From: the human T2T-CHM13v2.0 reference genome, Homo sapiens
DNA length: 64,000 bases
NCBI RefSeq assembly: GCF_009914755.1
Contig: NC_060925.1
Strand: one strand, 5' to 3'
Position numbers and translations under genes: made by a program. The notes beneath the pieces were generated by a model. It was not told the origin of the DNA and made no database searches. It worked only from the letters and a program-made list of their open reading frames with translations. Within the stretch, counting starts at the first letter, position 1. Each line of letters starts with the position of its first letter. Below, piece by piece: positions 1-17,880 of this stretch.

Positions 1-151
1 CCACCAAGCCTGGCTAATTTTTTGTACTTTTAGTAGAGACGGGGTTTCGCCATGTTGGGCAGGCTGGTCTTTAACTCCTGACCTCAGGTGATCCGCTCGC
101 CTCAGCCTCCCAAAGTGCTGGGATTACAGGCGTGAGCCACCATGCCCAGCC
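1..151 (-). mobile_element. AluS (partial, cut by the window edge)
   Basis: Reverse-complement Alu left arm. Confidence 0.9.
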
Positions 152-1167
152 TTATGCAAGGTTTAATAACTTTAGATGTTCACAGTATCTGCCCCTGCTC
201 TGCGCTACCACCCCTCTTCAATGTCTAAGGACAGATCTGTAAACACATGTGACACACAAATAGAGTGGTCTAAAAGCAGTCCTCAGAATTCTGTAATCCA
301 AAAAGGAGAGAAATCCTTCTAAGGTGTGAAGCAACTGACAGAAACAAAATGACCAAAGTCAGTTTCACCACATTTAAGCCCAATTCTGAAAAATGCAGGC
401 AGGCTTCTCCTTTTTAACTACTAGGTGGAGAGGGCACCTCCATGTGGAACATTCGAAGGGCAGAAACAGCTCACCAGGTCAGGAAAGCCAGCAGGCAAAG
501 TCTGTTGGCAGGAGACCGTTGGCAGGAAGGTGTGGTAGGGAAAGTGCCACCCCACGGGCCTGACCCTCCCGCCTGCCTGCCCTTCCAAAGGCCTCCTCCA
601 CCTTCAACCAGGTCCCATTTTTCCAGGCCAGAGTCTTAAAGGATGTTTGCTTCCCTTTGCTGGCCTGAGGACAAGGCTAATTTTACTCAACAAAGTAAAA
701 AGGATGGAAAGAACACACTGAAAAGAACAGGCTGAACAACCACCTGTATGGGTAGAGCCATTTAAAAATCATTCAAACACAGGCACAGAAAACACCTCAA
801 CAAATGTCTATCAAAGTCTTAGCAGTATCTCAGGGGTAGAATGAAAAGTCGTTAAAGTTGTTAAAGTTCTATGTTATTTAAATAAAATAAGCATTACTTT
901 TGCAGGCAGAAAGACAATTCGGAGATTAAAATATTTTTAAAGAGAGAAAATAGGAGACCTGCTTTGATTGATTTTTTTAAAACCTTCTACCACGCCTTGC
1001 TCAGCCTCTCAGCCCCCACACCTGGGGTAGAATTTCTTCATCCAAAAAACGGGATAGGGGCTGGGAGAAAGAAATGCCAGTACCCGGACAGCCACTGTGG
1101 GCCGGGCACTGTGCTGGGAGCTTTAGCCACATCGTCCACCCTTCCACTTGGTTGAAGAAGAGTAAAA

Positions 1168-2280
<1,113 letters not shown>

Positions 2281-3507
2281 TATCACTCCTTAAGAGCAAC
2301 AGGCAGCCAGGGACCCCAGCTCAACACCCACCGACACATGATGTCTACTGCGTTCTGAACATGCATAAGCATATAATTTGAACTGCATTGTTAGCCTTCA
2401 GGAAAGGGGCACCAGGAGCTGTGCTGGCCAGGTACCTAGATCATTTACTGTTCAAAACCAACCCAGGAGCTGAGCTACTGAGCTCAGCCTCCCTCTCTCA
2501 AGGCTGGGAAAGGAAAGTTCATCTTCACTCAGATGCAAGCTTCAAGTAGGCAGAGCAGCTGTCTCTTATTCACCCCTGGGCGGGGGCGGGGGGGGAGGGG
2601 CGGGTTCCAGCACAGCACGTGGCTCATGGGCTGAGCCTCCAGAAGTATTGTTAGTGGATGGGAGAATGGATCTTCATATGGGCTTAGAGAGGTGAAGGGA
2701 CTTGCACAAGGTCACCCAGCTAGTAAGCAGGGGGTGGAGCCCACTTTCAGGTCCAAACTGGCAAGCCTCAGCATAGGTCACTGTTGCTTTGCAAACTGGC
2801 AACCCTCAGCATAGGTCACACAGAGGGACAACTGAACGTTGTAGGACCAGGCTCTGCCTCCTTCTCTCTCCCCCGACCCACCTGCCACTCCTTGGAGCTC
2901 CTGGCTGAGGCGGAGCTTCACCCAGCCTGAGCTGAGCATGGGCATCCAGAGGCACTCCAGTCGGGGTCTGTTTCACAGAAGCAGGCCCTTCGTGAATATG
3001 CATGAGGGGCATGAGCTGGCTTCCACGCATGCTTCCTGCTCACCTCATCCTAAATCCTAAACCCGCAGGGCCATTGCCCCCTTGACTTGAGCACTAGGGT
3101 AAAATCTATTTTTGTAAAAACCTGATGGAACTTTTACTTAAAATAAGAGTTTTAAGTGTTTATGGAAACGAAATCTATCTTTTAGAAGCCACTGCATAAA
3201 TACTTAACTGAAGAAGAGTTTGGAATGGGGCAAGCCTGAGTAGGAATCCGAATGCTATGGATCACCAGAAACATCATAACAGGCGAATTACCTACCCTCA
3301 CTGAGCCTCAGTTTTCTTGTCTCTAAAACTAGGATAATAACACCTAGCTCACTGGGGTGAATGAAGATTAAGTCATTACATTTAAGTGAGATGATGCATT
3401 GACTTAATGTCTTGAATACTGTCTCTGGCACACAGCAATGAATAAATATGTGCTATTACTACTGATTCTATTAATGATACAATCATAAAAATGACTGCAC
3501 AAGAAGG

Positions 3508-3977
<470 letters not shown>

Positions 3978-4274
3978 TCATCTGGTCCAAACCCTCAATA
4001 CAGGTGGGGAAACTGAGGCCCAAGGAGGGTAAGCATGTTAGATAACTCCTGATAGTCCAACAGCATTTACTGCAGTGTTTAAAAAATAGTAGGCACGAAG
4101 TAAGCGCATTGAATAAATAATAACCACATATGAAACAACATATTCACCTATTCACCTAATGTGCTTCAAAACAGTTAAAAACAGGTCCAGTTGAATGGCA
4201 TTCCCTCTGGCTCCTATCCAGAAGAATTCTTTAAAGAAAAGTTCTCAATGGGAGTCAACATTCATCAGCACCCG

Positions 4275-4501
4275 CACTGTTCGCTAAGGCAGCCACTAGC
4301 CTTCGATAATTTCAATTTATCAAATTGAATTCACTGATACTGAAATTTCAGTCCACTAAAATGAAATAAAACCAAATATTCAGTTCCTCAATCACACTAG
4401 CCACATTTCAAGTGCTCAAGAGCTGTATGTGGATAGTGATTATGGAACAGCCCAGATATAGAACATTTCCATCATCACAGAAAGTTCCAGTGGACAGCAC
4501 A
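4275..4501 (+). mobile_element. MER3 (hAT-Charlie) relic
   Basis: TTCAGTTCCTCAATCACACTAGCCACATTTCAAGTGCTC...GATATAGAACATTTCCATCATCACAGAAAGTTC matches MER3. Confidence 0.75.
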
Positions 4502-5387
4502 GCTGCAAAGAGAAGATATCATTAATGTGTAATTTCTGTTCTCATCCAGCAGATTTAGTTTCCTAAATCCTATTGCAAGGCAGCAGGAAGGGAAAGACCT
4601 CGTTAGCCTTGCTTTATTATGCAAATCTGCATATTCCTGTCAAGTCCAATCTCCCTCAGAAAGTTCAAATAGAGTATTATTAGGTGGCTGCGCGGGTCTA
4701 CAGGGCAATGTCTGGGGTCTGAGGGCAGGTGAGAGTACACAGGATTTTATGAAAATGTGTTCTGTGCAAACACCTCACTTGTGCCGCTCTTCTCCACACC
4801 AGCAAACTGAGCATTCTTTAACACAGTTCGGCAACCGCTGGCCAAGCCTCACTTACATAAGAGTGCCATAAAAGACTGGGTCGGCTGCTTCTGCAAAACA
4901 CCTGTGGTTTTGCAAAAGGATGTGATTTCTTAGAAGTCAGTAAACAGGCTCATTTCCTTTACAGTTAAATTTTGGCATCAGAATACCAAAATACTCTATG
5001 ACCCCACCTAAGCTCACATAACCTTACTCCCCACCTTAAATGGTTGGGAGAGCAAAAGGCCCTGTGAGCTGGAACTGCCCAGGGTGCCAGCCTTGCTGCT
5101 GGGCCAGTGGCCACCATGCCCACCTCCACCACTTTCCTTTGAGGCCCCAGGAGGCTGGTACACACTCCAGGAGCCAGGAAGACCACTTGGCACCCTTAGC
5201 TCCTGGGACACTAGAACACATGGCCAAGTTATAAAGACTTCATATGCATCTTCTCATCTGGAGGTGAGGCCCTTTCAAAGCACACAGGGTGGAGAAACGT
5301 GGATAATATTTCACCCTCTATGTTAAAAAGAGGAGAAATGAAATATATTTGTATTTGCTTGTTATGCCTAAAGAAATGAGGACAGCA

Positions 5388-6080
<693 letters not shown>

Positions 6081-6099
6081 ATATCTGTGAAGATTTATA

Positions 6100-6550
6100 A
6101 CAGATTTACTCTCAACATCCAAAAACTGGAGGCAACCCAAATGTTCATCAACTGCTGAATGGTACGTCCATACCATGGAATACTATGGAATGCTCTACAG
6201 CAAGAAAAGGAAATATTAATACATGCAACATGAATGAATCAAATAAATCATGTTACACGAAAGAGGTCAAACACAAAAGACTCCATACTATCTGCTTCCA
6301 TTTATTTACAATTATAGAAAAGGCAAAACCGCGGTGACAAAGCAGATCAGTGGTTGTCTAGGGATGGGGAACAAGGCTGTCTAGGAGGGGGAAAAGGGCC
6401 AAAGGGGCATGAAGGGACTTTTTAGGGTGAGGAAACTGTTCTATAACTCGATTGTGGTGGTGGCAACATGATTAGTACCAAAACTCAAACTGTACACTTA
6501 AAGCTGGTTAATTTTATTACTTGCAAATAATACCCTGATTAAAAACAAAA
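6100..6550 (+). mobile_element. Ancient L1M (L1MB/MC/ME) 3' fragment
   Basis: AACTGGAGGCAACCCAAATGTTCATCAAC...GGAATACTAT...AGATCAGTGGTTG...ACTGTACACTTAAA, typical of an L1M 3' end. Confidence 0.75.
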
Positions 6551-6642
6551 AAAAGAAGACCCTAGAAATCTTAGCTGTGGTTGGCAGGGGAGAGTGGAAG
6601 ACACTGGGCATGTGAGAAGAGAAGGCAGTGTTTTATGTGTGT

Positions 6643-6985
6643 TGTGGTCTGAATGCTGGTACCCCCTCAAAATTCATATGCTGAAACATAATCCCCAATG
6701 CCAGAGTTAAGAGGTGAGGCCTTTAAGAGGTGATTAGATCATGAGGGCCCCACCTTCATGAATGACATTAATGCCCCTATAAGAGGCCCAGGGGAGCTGG
6801 CCAGCCCCTTCCACCATGTGAGGCGCTGTCTATGATGCAGAGAACAAGCCTTTGCCAAACACTGAGTCTGCCAAGACCTTGCTTACGGACTTCCCAGCCT
6901 TCAGAACTGTGAGTAATCAATTTCTGTTGTGTACAAATTATTCAGTTTAAAGTATTTGTTCCAGGAGCCCAAACAGACTAAGACA
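6643..6985 (+). mobile_element. MaLR solo LTR (MSTD/MLT1A-like)
   Basis: TGTGGTCTGAATG...AAAATTCATATGCTGAAAC...GACTTCCCAGCCTTCAGAACTGTGAG...ACAGACTAAGACA. Confidence 0.75.
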
Positions 6986-8389
6986 ATGTATATATTTTTA
7001 TTTTTGAAACCTGTGACTGAATTGCCTATTCCAAACTTGAGCTCTAATTCTTTCAAAGCCAACTGCAGAGGTGACTCTGTGCAATGGCTCAGGTAGAAGT
7101 GGTGTGGTCCATTGCTGGGTTCCTGTTGGTCAGGGATATAGGCACCAAAAGCTTAGAGGGTGGGGAGAATGAAAACCTCTGGATCTAACCAGAGCTGAAT
7201 GTAGAAAACCATCTATCTCCTCTCCTCCCAGAAGCCAGTGCCTCCTGTCCTGGGCCTCTGGGCTCATGTGATAAAGACAAGAGCTACCATTTATTGGGCA
7301 CTTACTATGTCCCAGGTGCTACGACTCATTTGACGTGCATTAACTCATTAACAGTGATAAGACCAACAACATGTACGGAGCCCTATATGTGCTAGGTATG
7401 ACAGGCCTTCTTACCTGCTTGACCTCATTTAATTAGCCTCAAATCGATCCTATGACAAGGAACCAGTCCCAGAGAGTTAAGTGAAGCCCGAGGCTACACA
7501 GCTAAAAGTGTAAGGGAACAAAGATTTAAACCCAGGCAGTCTGGCCCCAGGAGCCCGGCTACCATCCATGACCAAGGACAACCCTTTTATTGGGACAGAG
7601 GCGACACTAATCACTGCACGCACTTAGGCTGAGGTGTGGTGGGTGGAGGATCAGACTCAGAGGTGAATCTGTGCTCCTGGCCTACTCCACCAGCTCCACA
7701 GCTCCGCCAGGAGGGTCTTTCACTCCCACACTGGGGAGGCAGAGCCAGATGCATGGAGCTATTCAAGGTCCTGCCTAGCTCCAAAGCCCTTACTCTTTGC
7801 ACTAGACCAGGCTGCTTCCTTGGCTAATAAACAGTGAGAGCTGAAACCCAAACAAAAACAAGCAGCACACGTGAAGACAAAATGTTCCTGAGCTGCAACA
7901 TTTTTCAATCTTTTGAGCTCATAGATCACATGTCTAGGTCAGAGTCCTGAGCTTCCTCACGGCGCAGGTGATGTGAGAGGGGCTGAGTAACCTCGAGGTA
8001 CCACTGAATGGCATCCTGCAGTCACTCAAAACGTGTGAGCCTGGAGGGACCCTGGTGCTCACATGGTCTGATATGCAAAGAAGAAAAAGAGGCATGGGGG
8101 ATCGGGAATAGTTCAACATCACCCAGCACATCAGAGGCCAGGATGCAGTCCCAAGTCACGCTCCAGACTCCTGGTACAGTGCTCTTTTCACGCCTGCAGC
8201 ATTTCCCATGGCATGCTGTGCAGGCCAATGGGGTTTAAGGGAGGTTTTAGAGAGCATATGGATGAATGCAGTTTAATAATTACCTATATTTAATATTCAT
8301 AGGAAAAATATAACTAGCACATCAAACATGATTTTGTAGATGTTTCTGCTTACGAAGAGGCTAGATAGCGGTGTTAGGCTCAGGCCAAA

Positions 8390-8690
8390 GTTTTTTGTTT
8401 TTGTTTTTGAGAGAGGGTGTTGTTCTGTCACCCAGGCTGGAATGCAGGAGTTATTCATAGGAAAAATCCTAACACACAAGCTCCAGGGATCCTCCCGCCT
8501 CAGCCTCCCAAGTAGCTGGGACTCCAGATGCACCATCACACCCAGCTTTTATTTATTTATTTATTTATTTATTTTGTAGAGATTGGGTCTCACTATGTTG
8601 CCTAGGCTGGTCCCAAGTGATCCTCCCACCTTGGCCTCCCGAAGTGCTGAGATCCACCATGCCTGGCAACTACGGGCACTGTGCCCAGCC
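8390..8690 (-). mobile_element. Old AluJ/FAM-type element
   Basis: Diverged Alu with the FAM-type TATTCA(C/T)AGG segment. Confidence 0.7.
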
Positions 8691-9352
8691 CTCAAGCCAA
8701 TTTTAAGGAAAGCCTCAAATAAATAATAATAAAAGTAGCATACAAATCCAGCAAACATTGTGCTGGTAGACAGCCACACTGGGCTCATTCCTGCAGTGCA
8801 GCAGGCTAAAGCAAGAAGGAATAAAAGGAAAGATAAAGCAAACAGAAGGGAGAAGGGAGGCAAAGAGAGGAACAGTCCCCTCCAGCGGCTCAGCTCTTGC
8901 GCTGAGGAGTGAGGCCCCCACAGCAGAGGACACGGATGTGCCACACTCATTCTCCCTACAAACTTATCTAGCCTAAGTCACCACTCTTCTCACCCCAAAC
9001 GTGCTAAGGTCCAAAGGTCCAAACACTGTGTATCAGCCCAATCACGGGGAGCAAATGGCCCTTTAACACCCGCCCTGAGACTACTATCAGAATGGCCTCC
9101 CTCTATCCCAGTATGTGGGACAGGTATCAGCTCAGATATTTAATCCATTTTCTTGCCTGAGTGATTCAGGTGTCCCCATTAAATTATCTTCCATCTGCTG
9201 CATGCTTCCCAGTGCAGAGAGGCCAGAGGGCCCCCGAAAGCCTCCCCATTCACAAAAGCCCAAATGACCAGGGCTGTTTTGGTTTAAAGCACAATTTGGG
9301 TTCACATAACACCTCATTATGCTTCCCCGACATCGTTTCCACACCAGCATCA

Positions 9353-9595
<243 letters not shown>

Positions 9596-11232
9596 CTAAA
9601 AAAGGGGGCTAGGCACTGACAATATGAACTCCAAACTATGCATATAGACTAAGACGCTGAAACAATATATTGAAAGGTTAACAGTGCTGCTGGCAAGCTA
9701 AGATTATGAATTATTTTTGTTTCTTCCCTCTTTTCTATATTTTCAAACTTTTCCATAATAAACATACTGCTTTTATAACAAAACAAAAAAACACAATAAA
9801 CTTTTATTTAATGATACTATCAGGTTACAAAGGGCTCCCTCCTGATGGGGAGAGGGGTCCCTTGCCACTGGTGCTCACACTCAACCAAGCGCCATCCACT
9901 CCCCTCCACTAGCCTGTGGGCCTTTCACTAGCTCGGGGTCCCCAAGGCCTGGAACATAGGAGGCGCTCAGGGAATGATGATACACAGGGGTTGGGGGTGG
10001 AGTCGTGAAAAGGAAGTCAATGATAAACTCTGAGGTATCAGCTGTGCGGCAGGGTGGGGCGGAGCAGGGCAGGGCAGAGCAGGGCAGGGCAGGAGAGTGT
10101 ACTGAAATAGAAGAGGGTAAATCAGAGCCTCCTTCCACCCAGGACTTCCTTCTCAGCATGGCCCTGCCTCCCACCCAGCTGCTTTGAAAGCTCTCCCACC
10201 CCTCACTCTTCTGGCTCCTCTGAGTTTAAATTAGTCATTTCCCCAGCACCCGCCATGCCCTCCTGGGCCACTGAGTCGGCACACGCCGTCTCTCTGCCTG
10301 CCATGTCTCTGGGCCCACCTCTCCTCCTCCTGGCAAATGAGCCCTCTCACCTCCACTTCAACAAAATCGGTCCCCTGGGACCCGTGCCTTGAATCTCTCA
10401 GCGAGACGCCTCCTTCAATGTACGGCTGCACTCAGACACAGCCCCTGACAGCAATTATCTTCCATTCTACAAGTCTGTCCGTCTGTCTGACTGGCTCCCA
10501 CCAATGGTCTCCATATAGCGACGGCAAGTACCTTTTCATGCCCACCCCCAAGCTGGGCACACAATATTAATCAATGTCTCTTTGAATGAATGGACAGGGA
10601 GACGGGTACGAAGGCCAGCAGTAGTCAAAGGAAGCTTGGCGGTGAAGACGGGATAGGGCCAAGCCCTGAAAGGTAAGACAGAAAGACACAGGCAGGAGGG
10701 AACAGGCAGGGAAGGGGGAGCCACAAGCTGGTGGTGGCCAGAGGATTGTGGGTGCTCTACAGATGAACATCTTTTACGGCAGTAGATGACTATATGTTTA
10801 TTTCAGTGTGTACTTTCTATATACAGCAATTGATATTGTTTTCCATTCACGGTAAGGACAAAGTTTCCTTCCTAAATAATTTAAGTTAAAAAGTGAGGAA
10901 ACTTAAAGAAAAAATTAATAAATAACAGTTCTGGCATAGAGATTAATACAGCAAAAACCATGAGCTAACCTTAGAACACATTTTTGCAGGAAGGGAGTCC
11001 TCTCAACTTGGCCAGAACAGGGAGATTGAGGAAGTGAAGTGAAGCCTGCTAGGCAGGGAGGATGAGTCAGCTCAGAGGGCTCTGGGGACAGGCAGTGAGG
11101 CGGCGGCCACGGAGAGAGCATTTGTCAGAGCAAAGTGACCGGTTCAAGAAGGTGCAGAGAGAAAAAACACTCTACACTCTCCCTCCTGGGGACTTATCTC
11201 AAGGAAGGAAGATACTCAAAAGGAGGAAAAGA

Positions 11233-11234
<2 letters not shown>

Positions 11235-11282
<48 letters not shown>
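11235..11282 (+). repeat. (AC)24 microsatellite
   Basis: Perfect dinucleotide run. Confidence 0.97.
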
Positions 11283-11284
<2 letters not shown>

Positions 11285-11552
11285 CCGCCCACTGCAAGCA
11301 ACAGAGAGCACAGTAAAGGGCTTGCAAATTGTTCACTTCTGTAATGCCCACAAGCACCCAGGTCGGGGGGTATTCCACAGAACCACAAGCCCAGGACAGA
11401 CGGACTACTGTGCTTCACTCAACACTAGCACATCTTCCAAACTACAACACCGTCTTCACATGTCACATGTTAATGGCTGCATTCCATTCCATTGTGGCTT
11501 GAGCACAAGAGTTTGAGACCAGACTGGGCAACACGGTGAAACCCCGTCTCTA

Positions 11553-11765
<213 letters not shown>

Positions 11766-12463
11766 TTACCTACTGTTGGACAACCACTTTCTCCAGTGTC
11801 TTGTTACGATGATTCCTGTCCCTATGTACCCCATAAACATGAGCTACAGATCAAAGGGACCTGGGCTTGAATCTGGACCTTTCCTTAGATTTCTTCTTGA
11901 ACTCAGGCCATTGGCATTCTGACTGTTCGACCCAATTGCCACGAAGCTCTCTCACAATGTCCTATTTGGAAAATGTGGTCTTTCCATGCATCACTGAAAA
12001 AGGATGTTCAAAGATGAGCTTTGAAACAGGCCTAAGTTTATGTGGCAGAAAAGACTCACACAAGAGTGTAGAATCTAGATTCTAGAGTGTTAGACATAGG
12101 ACCTGATCCCAGTGCTCCAGTGGTTTACTGTGGGACCTTGGTCAAGCCCCAAACCCCTGTGAGCAGTAAAATTCCATGACACAGCAGAGGCTGAGGGCAA
12201 AGGCTTTTAAATTCAGAGCAGCTGGGTTCAAGACCTGACTCTGCCACTTATTGGCAATTTATATAAAGTCTAAATCTGTATCATTCTGAATTTACATAAA
12301 GGCCTAAATTCATAGGATCCCATGCTTAGAAGGATTCTGGGAAGGAAACGGAACGGTGCATGCAGAGGACCAGGTGAAGTGCACAAGAACCAATGCCACC
12401 ACCTGGCCTGCCTTCCTAGCTCTGAGGCCTGCTGAATGCTAAGGCTGAGGTGTGAGCTGCTTG

Positions 12464-12763
12464 TACAGTGGCCCCCCTTTATCCTCGGGGGATACCTTCC
12501 AAGACCCCCAGTGGATGCCTGAAACCTTGGATAGTACCAAACCCTATATATACTGTTTTTTCCTACACATGCATACCTATGATGTTTAATTCATAAACCA
12601 GGCACAGTTATTATCAATAACTGATAACATCGAACAATTCTAACAACATACCATAATAAAAGCTACGTGCATGTGGTATTCTCTTCAAAATACTGGACTG
12701 GGGTTGATGGCGGGTGACTGAAATTGCAGAAATCGAAACTATGGAAAAAGGGGGGATGATTAT
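12464..12763 (-). mobile_element. MER44A-like Tigger7 MITE
   Basis: TACAGTGGCCCCCCTTTATCC...TTCCAAGACCCCCAGTGGATGCCTGAAACC is the reverse complement of the end of the element at 2205-2280. Confidence 0.8.
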
Positions 12764-13078
12764 ACTTGTTCCAAAACGAGGCCCATCACCTAAGGCTTGG
12801 AAATCACTCTTTCCCCATTTGTTTCCCTTTAGATTCTGACATGTAATGAAATTCAAGTGGGAATTTTATCAGTTAACCCAATGCCTCAAACTGACACTGG
12901 AGTAAGTAGTCAAGCCTCTTGAAGCACTCGGAGCACAGACCCCAAGGGTGCAGGGCTGAGGATCCCACACTCACAGTATTTACATGTCTATGTTCTGACA
13001 ATCAGTCACGTGATGGGAGGGCCCTTCGTTGGAACCATGGCAACCAGTTCTTGTCTGTTACGTCGAGAAATGCTTCCT

Positions 13079-15759
<2,681 letters not shown>

Positions 15760-17185
15760 CTATTTACAGTATTCTTACTTAATCCTCTGGACTACCCTGG
15801 AAGAGGACAATAGTATTTCCATTTTGCTGCTCAGGAAGTTGAGGCTGAGACATGAAGTGACTAGGTTCAAGCCCGCACAGTTCATAAGCAGCCACAGTGG
15901 GGTGTGGATCTGGGAGGCTCCTTTTGCTATACTACCCCAGGCTGCCTTCCAACAAGCCCTATTTTTCTTCCTGCATTCCTTTATCTTGCCCCCTTCTTAA
16001 ACCTAAACCCTGACACTTCACATGCCTTAGAATCAAACACCTGCCCTTAAAATGAAATATCAAACCCTGAAGCAGGGCAGCTTGTAAGTACGGGGCAGTT
16101 TACCAATGCAAACGGGTTAGTAGAAGCTGAGAGTGCCTAGGAAGACCTGCCACCTTCACAAGAGGAGAAAATGGACCAGAAAATAAACACAGTACCTGTT
16201 GAGGGGGTCGTGCGGGTGACGAGGAGCATCTAAAGGCACCATACTTTGGCTGCCTCAAAGGCTCTGGGTACCAAATGTAACTGGCATGCCTGGGTGGGCC
16301 ACTTACACCCAGAGAAACAAAAACATTAAGTCTTCCAGAAGAGTGACTTGTATTATCACCTGAAACAAAAGCACCATTTCAAACAACTTGTTCATGGAGA
16401 GGCAGGTGCATGGTCTGCGAGGCCCAGAACTGACAAGGACCTGCAGGGAGCTATGGAGGAGGCGGGAGATCAGGTGTCCACACTAAGTCCAAGCTCCCAA
16501 CACAAAGCAAAGGGAGTGTCCACATGCGAAGACCCTTCCGGCTCTAATAACACACTACGAGTCCATGTCACTGATAATAACATCGTGTTGTGGTTAATGT
16601 TAATAATTATGGTTAACACTTGCCTGGCTTTACACATATTAACTCATTTAATCCTCATAAAATCCATCAGAAATATCTACTTTTATGCTCACCATTTCTT
16701 AGACAAGGAGATGGAGGCACAGAGTGAAGGGAACTGCCCTGGTCTATACATCTTGGACCTGAAGCCAGGCTCTCTGGCTCCAGAGTCTGCCCTTCACTGC
16801 CCCTGGACTAGGAATCATGACTGCCTGGGATCACATAGAAACTCCAAGAAAGCCACCCGTGTGACTTCGGGCCAAGCGCTCAGCGCCCACCATGTGCAGA
16901 GCGTTCAGTAAATGTCAGCTGCTGTTAGGATCACGGCTCCCACCACGGCCAAACCCTGACAAGGCCAGCACCACTGGGGCAGTCCTGAGCAGCAGAACCG
17001 CTCAAGAGAGCACTGCCCCATCTCGGGGGCAGACCCCGCTCGGCTCCTCTGTTCTCGACTGAGAGCCTGACACTGACAACTGGGTAGGCCCTAGGAGAAG
17101 CCAGGCTTGGCCGAGAGCTCAGGCCCAGAGATCTGGACATGGCTAGTCTCACGGTGGAATTGCCTGGCCCCAGTGTTTAGTCTGT

Positions 17186-17268
17186 ATTAGGTTGAACCAC
17201 ATGAAAGGCTGGTTAATTCAACCCTTTTTTACCTAGGAAAATGGCAACTTCATATGGTTCAACCTAAT
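17186..17268. mobile_element. MADE2-type palindromic mariner MITE
   Basis: ATTAGGTTGAACCACATGAA ... TTCATATGGTTCAACCTAAT terminal inverted repeats, ~80 bp long. Confidence 0.75.
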
Positions 17269-17505
17269 GGAGGGAGGGATTCTTACATTTATTAAGGACC
17301 TACTGGACATTCAGTCATTCATCTAACACCTGTAGAGCAATGGCTGTGTCAGGGCCAGTGTGTAACACTGCTTCAGCACCCCAAGACTGAGAGCCAGGAT
17401 TTTTCATCTTCCCTCCTAAGGATAAGAAACAAACTTACCAGGCAGAACAAGGGTAACCAACTCGATCTGCCTGAGCTCAGGTAACTACTAAAACAGGCCA
17501 ATTTT

Positions 17506-17633
17506 GGCCAGGCATGGTGGCTTCACGCCCATAATCTCAGCATTTTAGAAGGTCAAGGCGGGAGGATCCCTTGAGCCCACAAGTTCGAGACCAGCCTGGG
17601 CAACAAAGTAAGACTCTGTCTCTAAAAAATAAG

Positions 17634-17680
<47 letters not shown>

Positions 17681-17880
17681 GCAGGCAGGCAGGCACTGTG
17701 GCACATGCCTGTTATCCCAGCTGGCAGGCACTGTGGCACATGCCTGTTATCCCAGCTGCATGAGAGGCTGAAGGGGGAGGACTGCTTGAGCCGAGGAGGC
17801 TGAGGCTACAGTGAGCCAAGATGGAACCATGCACTCCAGCCTGGGCAACAGAATGAGACCCTGTCTCAATCAATCAATCA
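17506..17880 (+). mobile_element. AluJ with an (AGAT)n microsatellite in the linker and an internal 35-bp tandem duplication
   Basis: (AGAT)~11 at 17635-17678; GCAGGCACTGTGGCACATGCCTGTTATCCCAGCTG twice (17689-17758). Confidence 0.9.

Noticed and set aside
8390-8690. Possible 7SL pseudogene
   Set aside because: Lacks the 7SL S-domain; better explained as a FAM/AluJ-type element.
16348-16911. 187-aa plus-strand ORF with a hydrophobic stretch
   Set aside because: Non-ATG start, runs through a MIR-like relic, antisense to the intron, and no recognisable homology.
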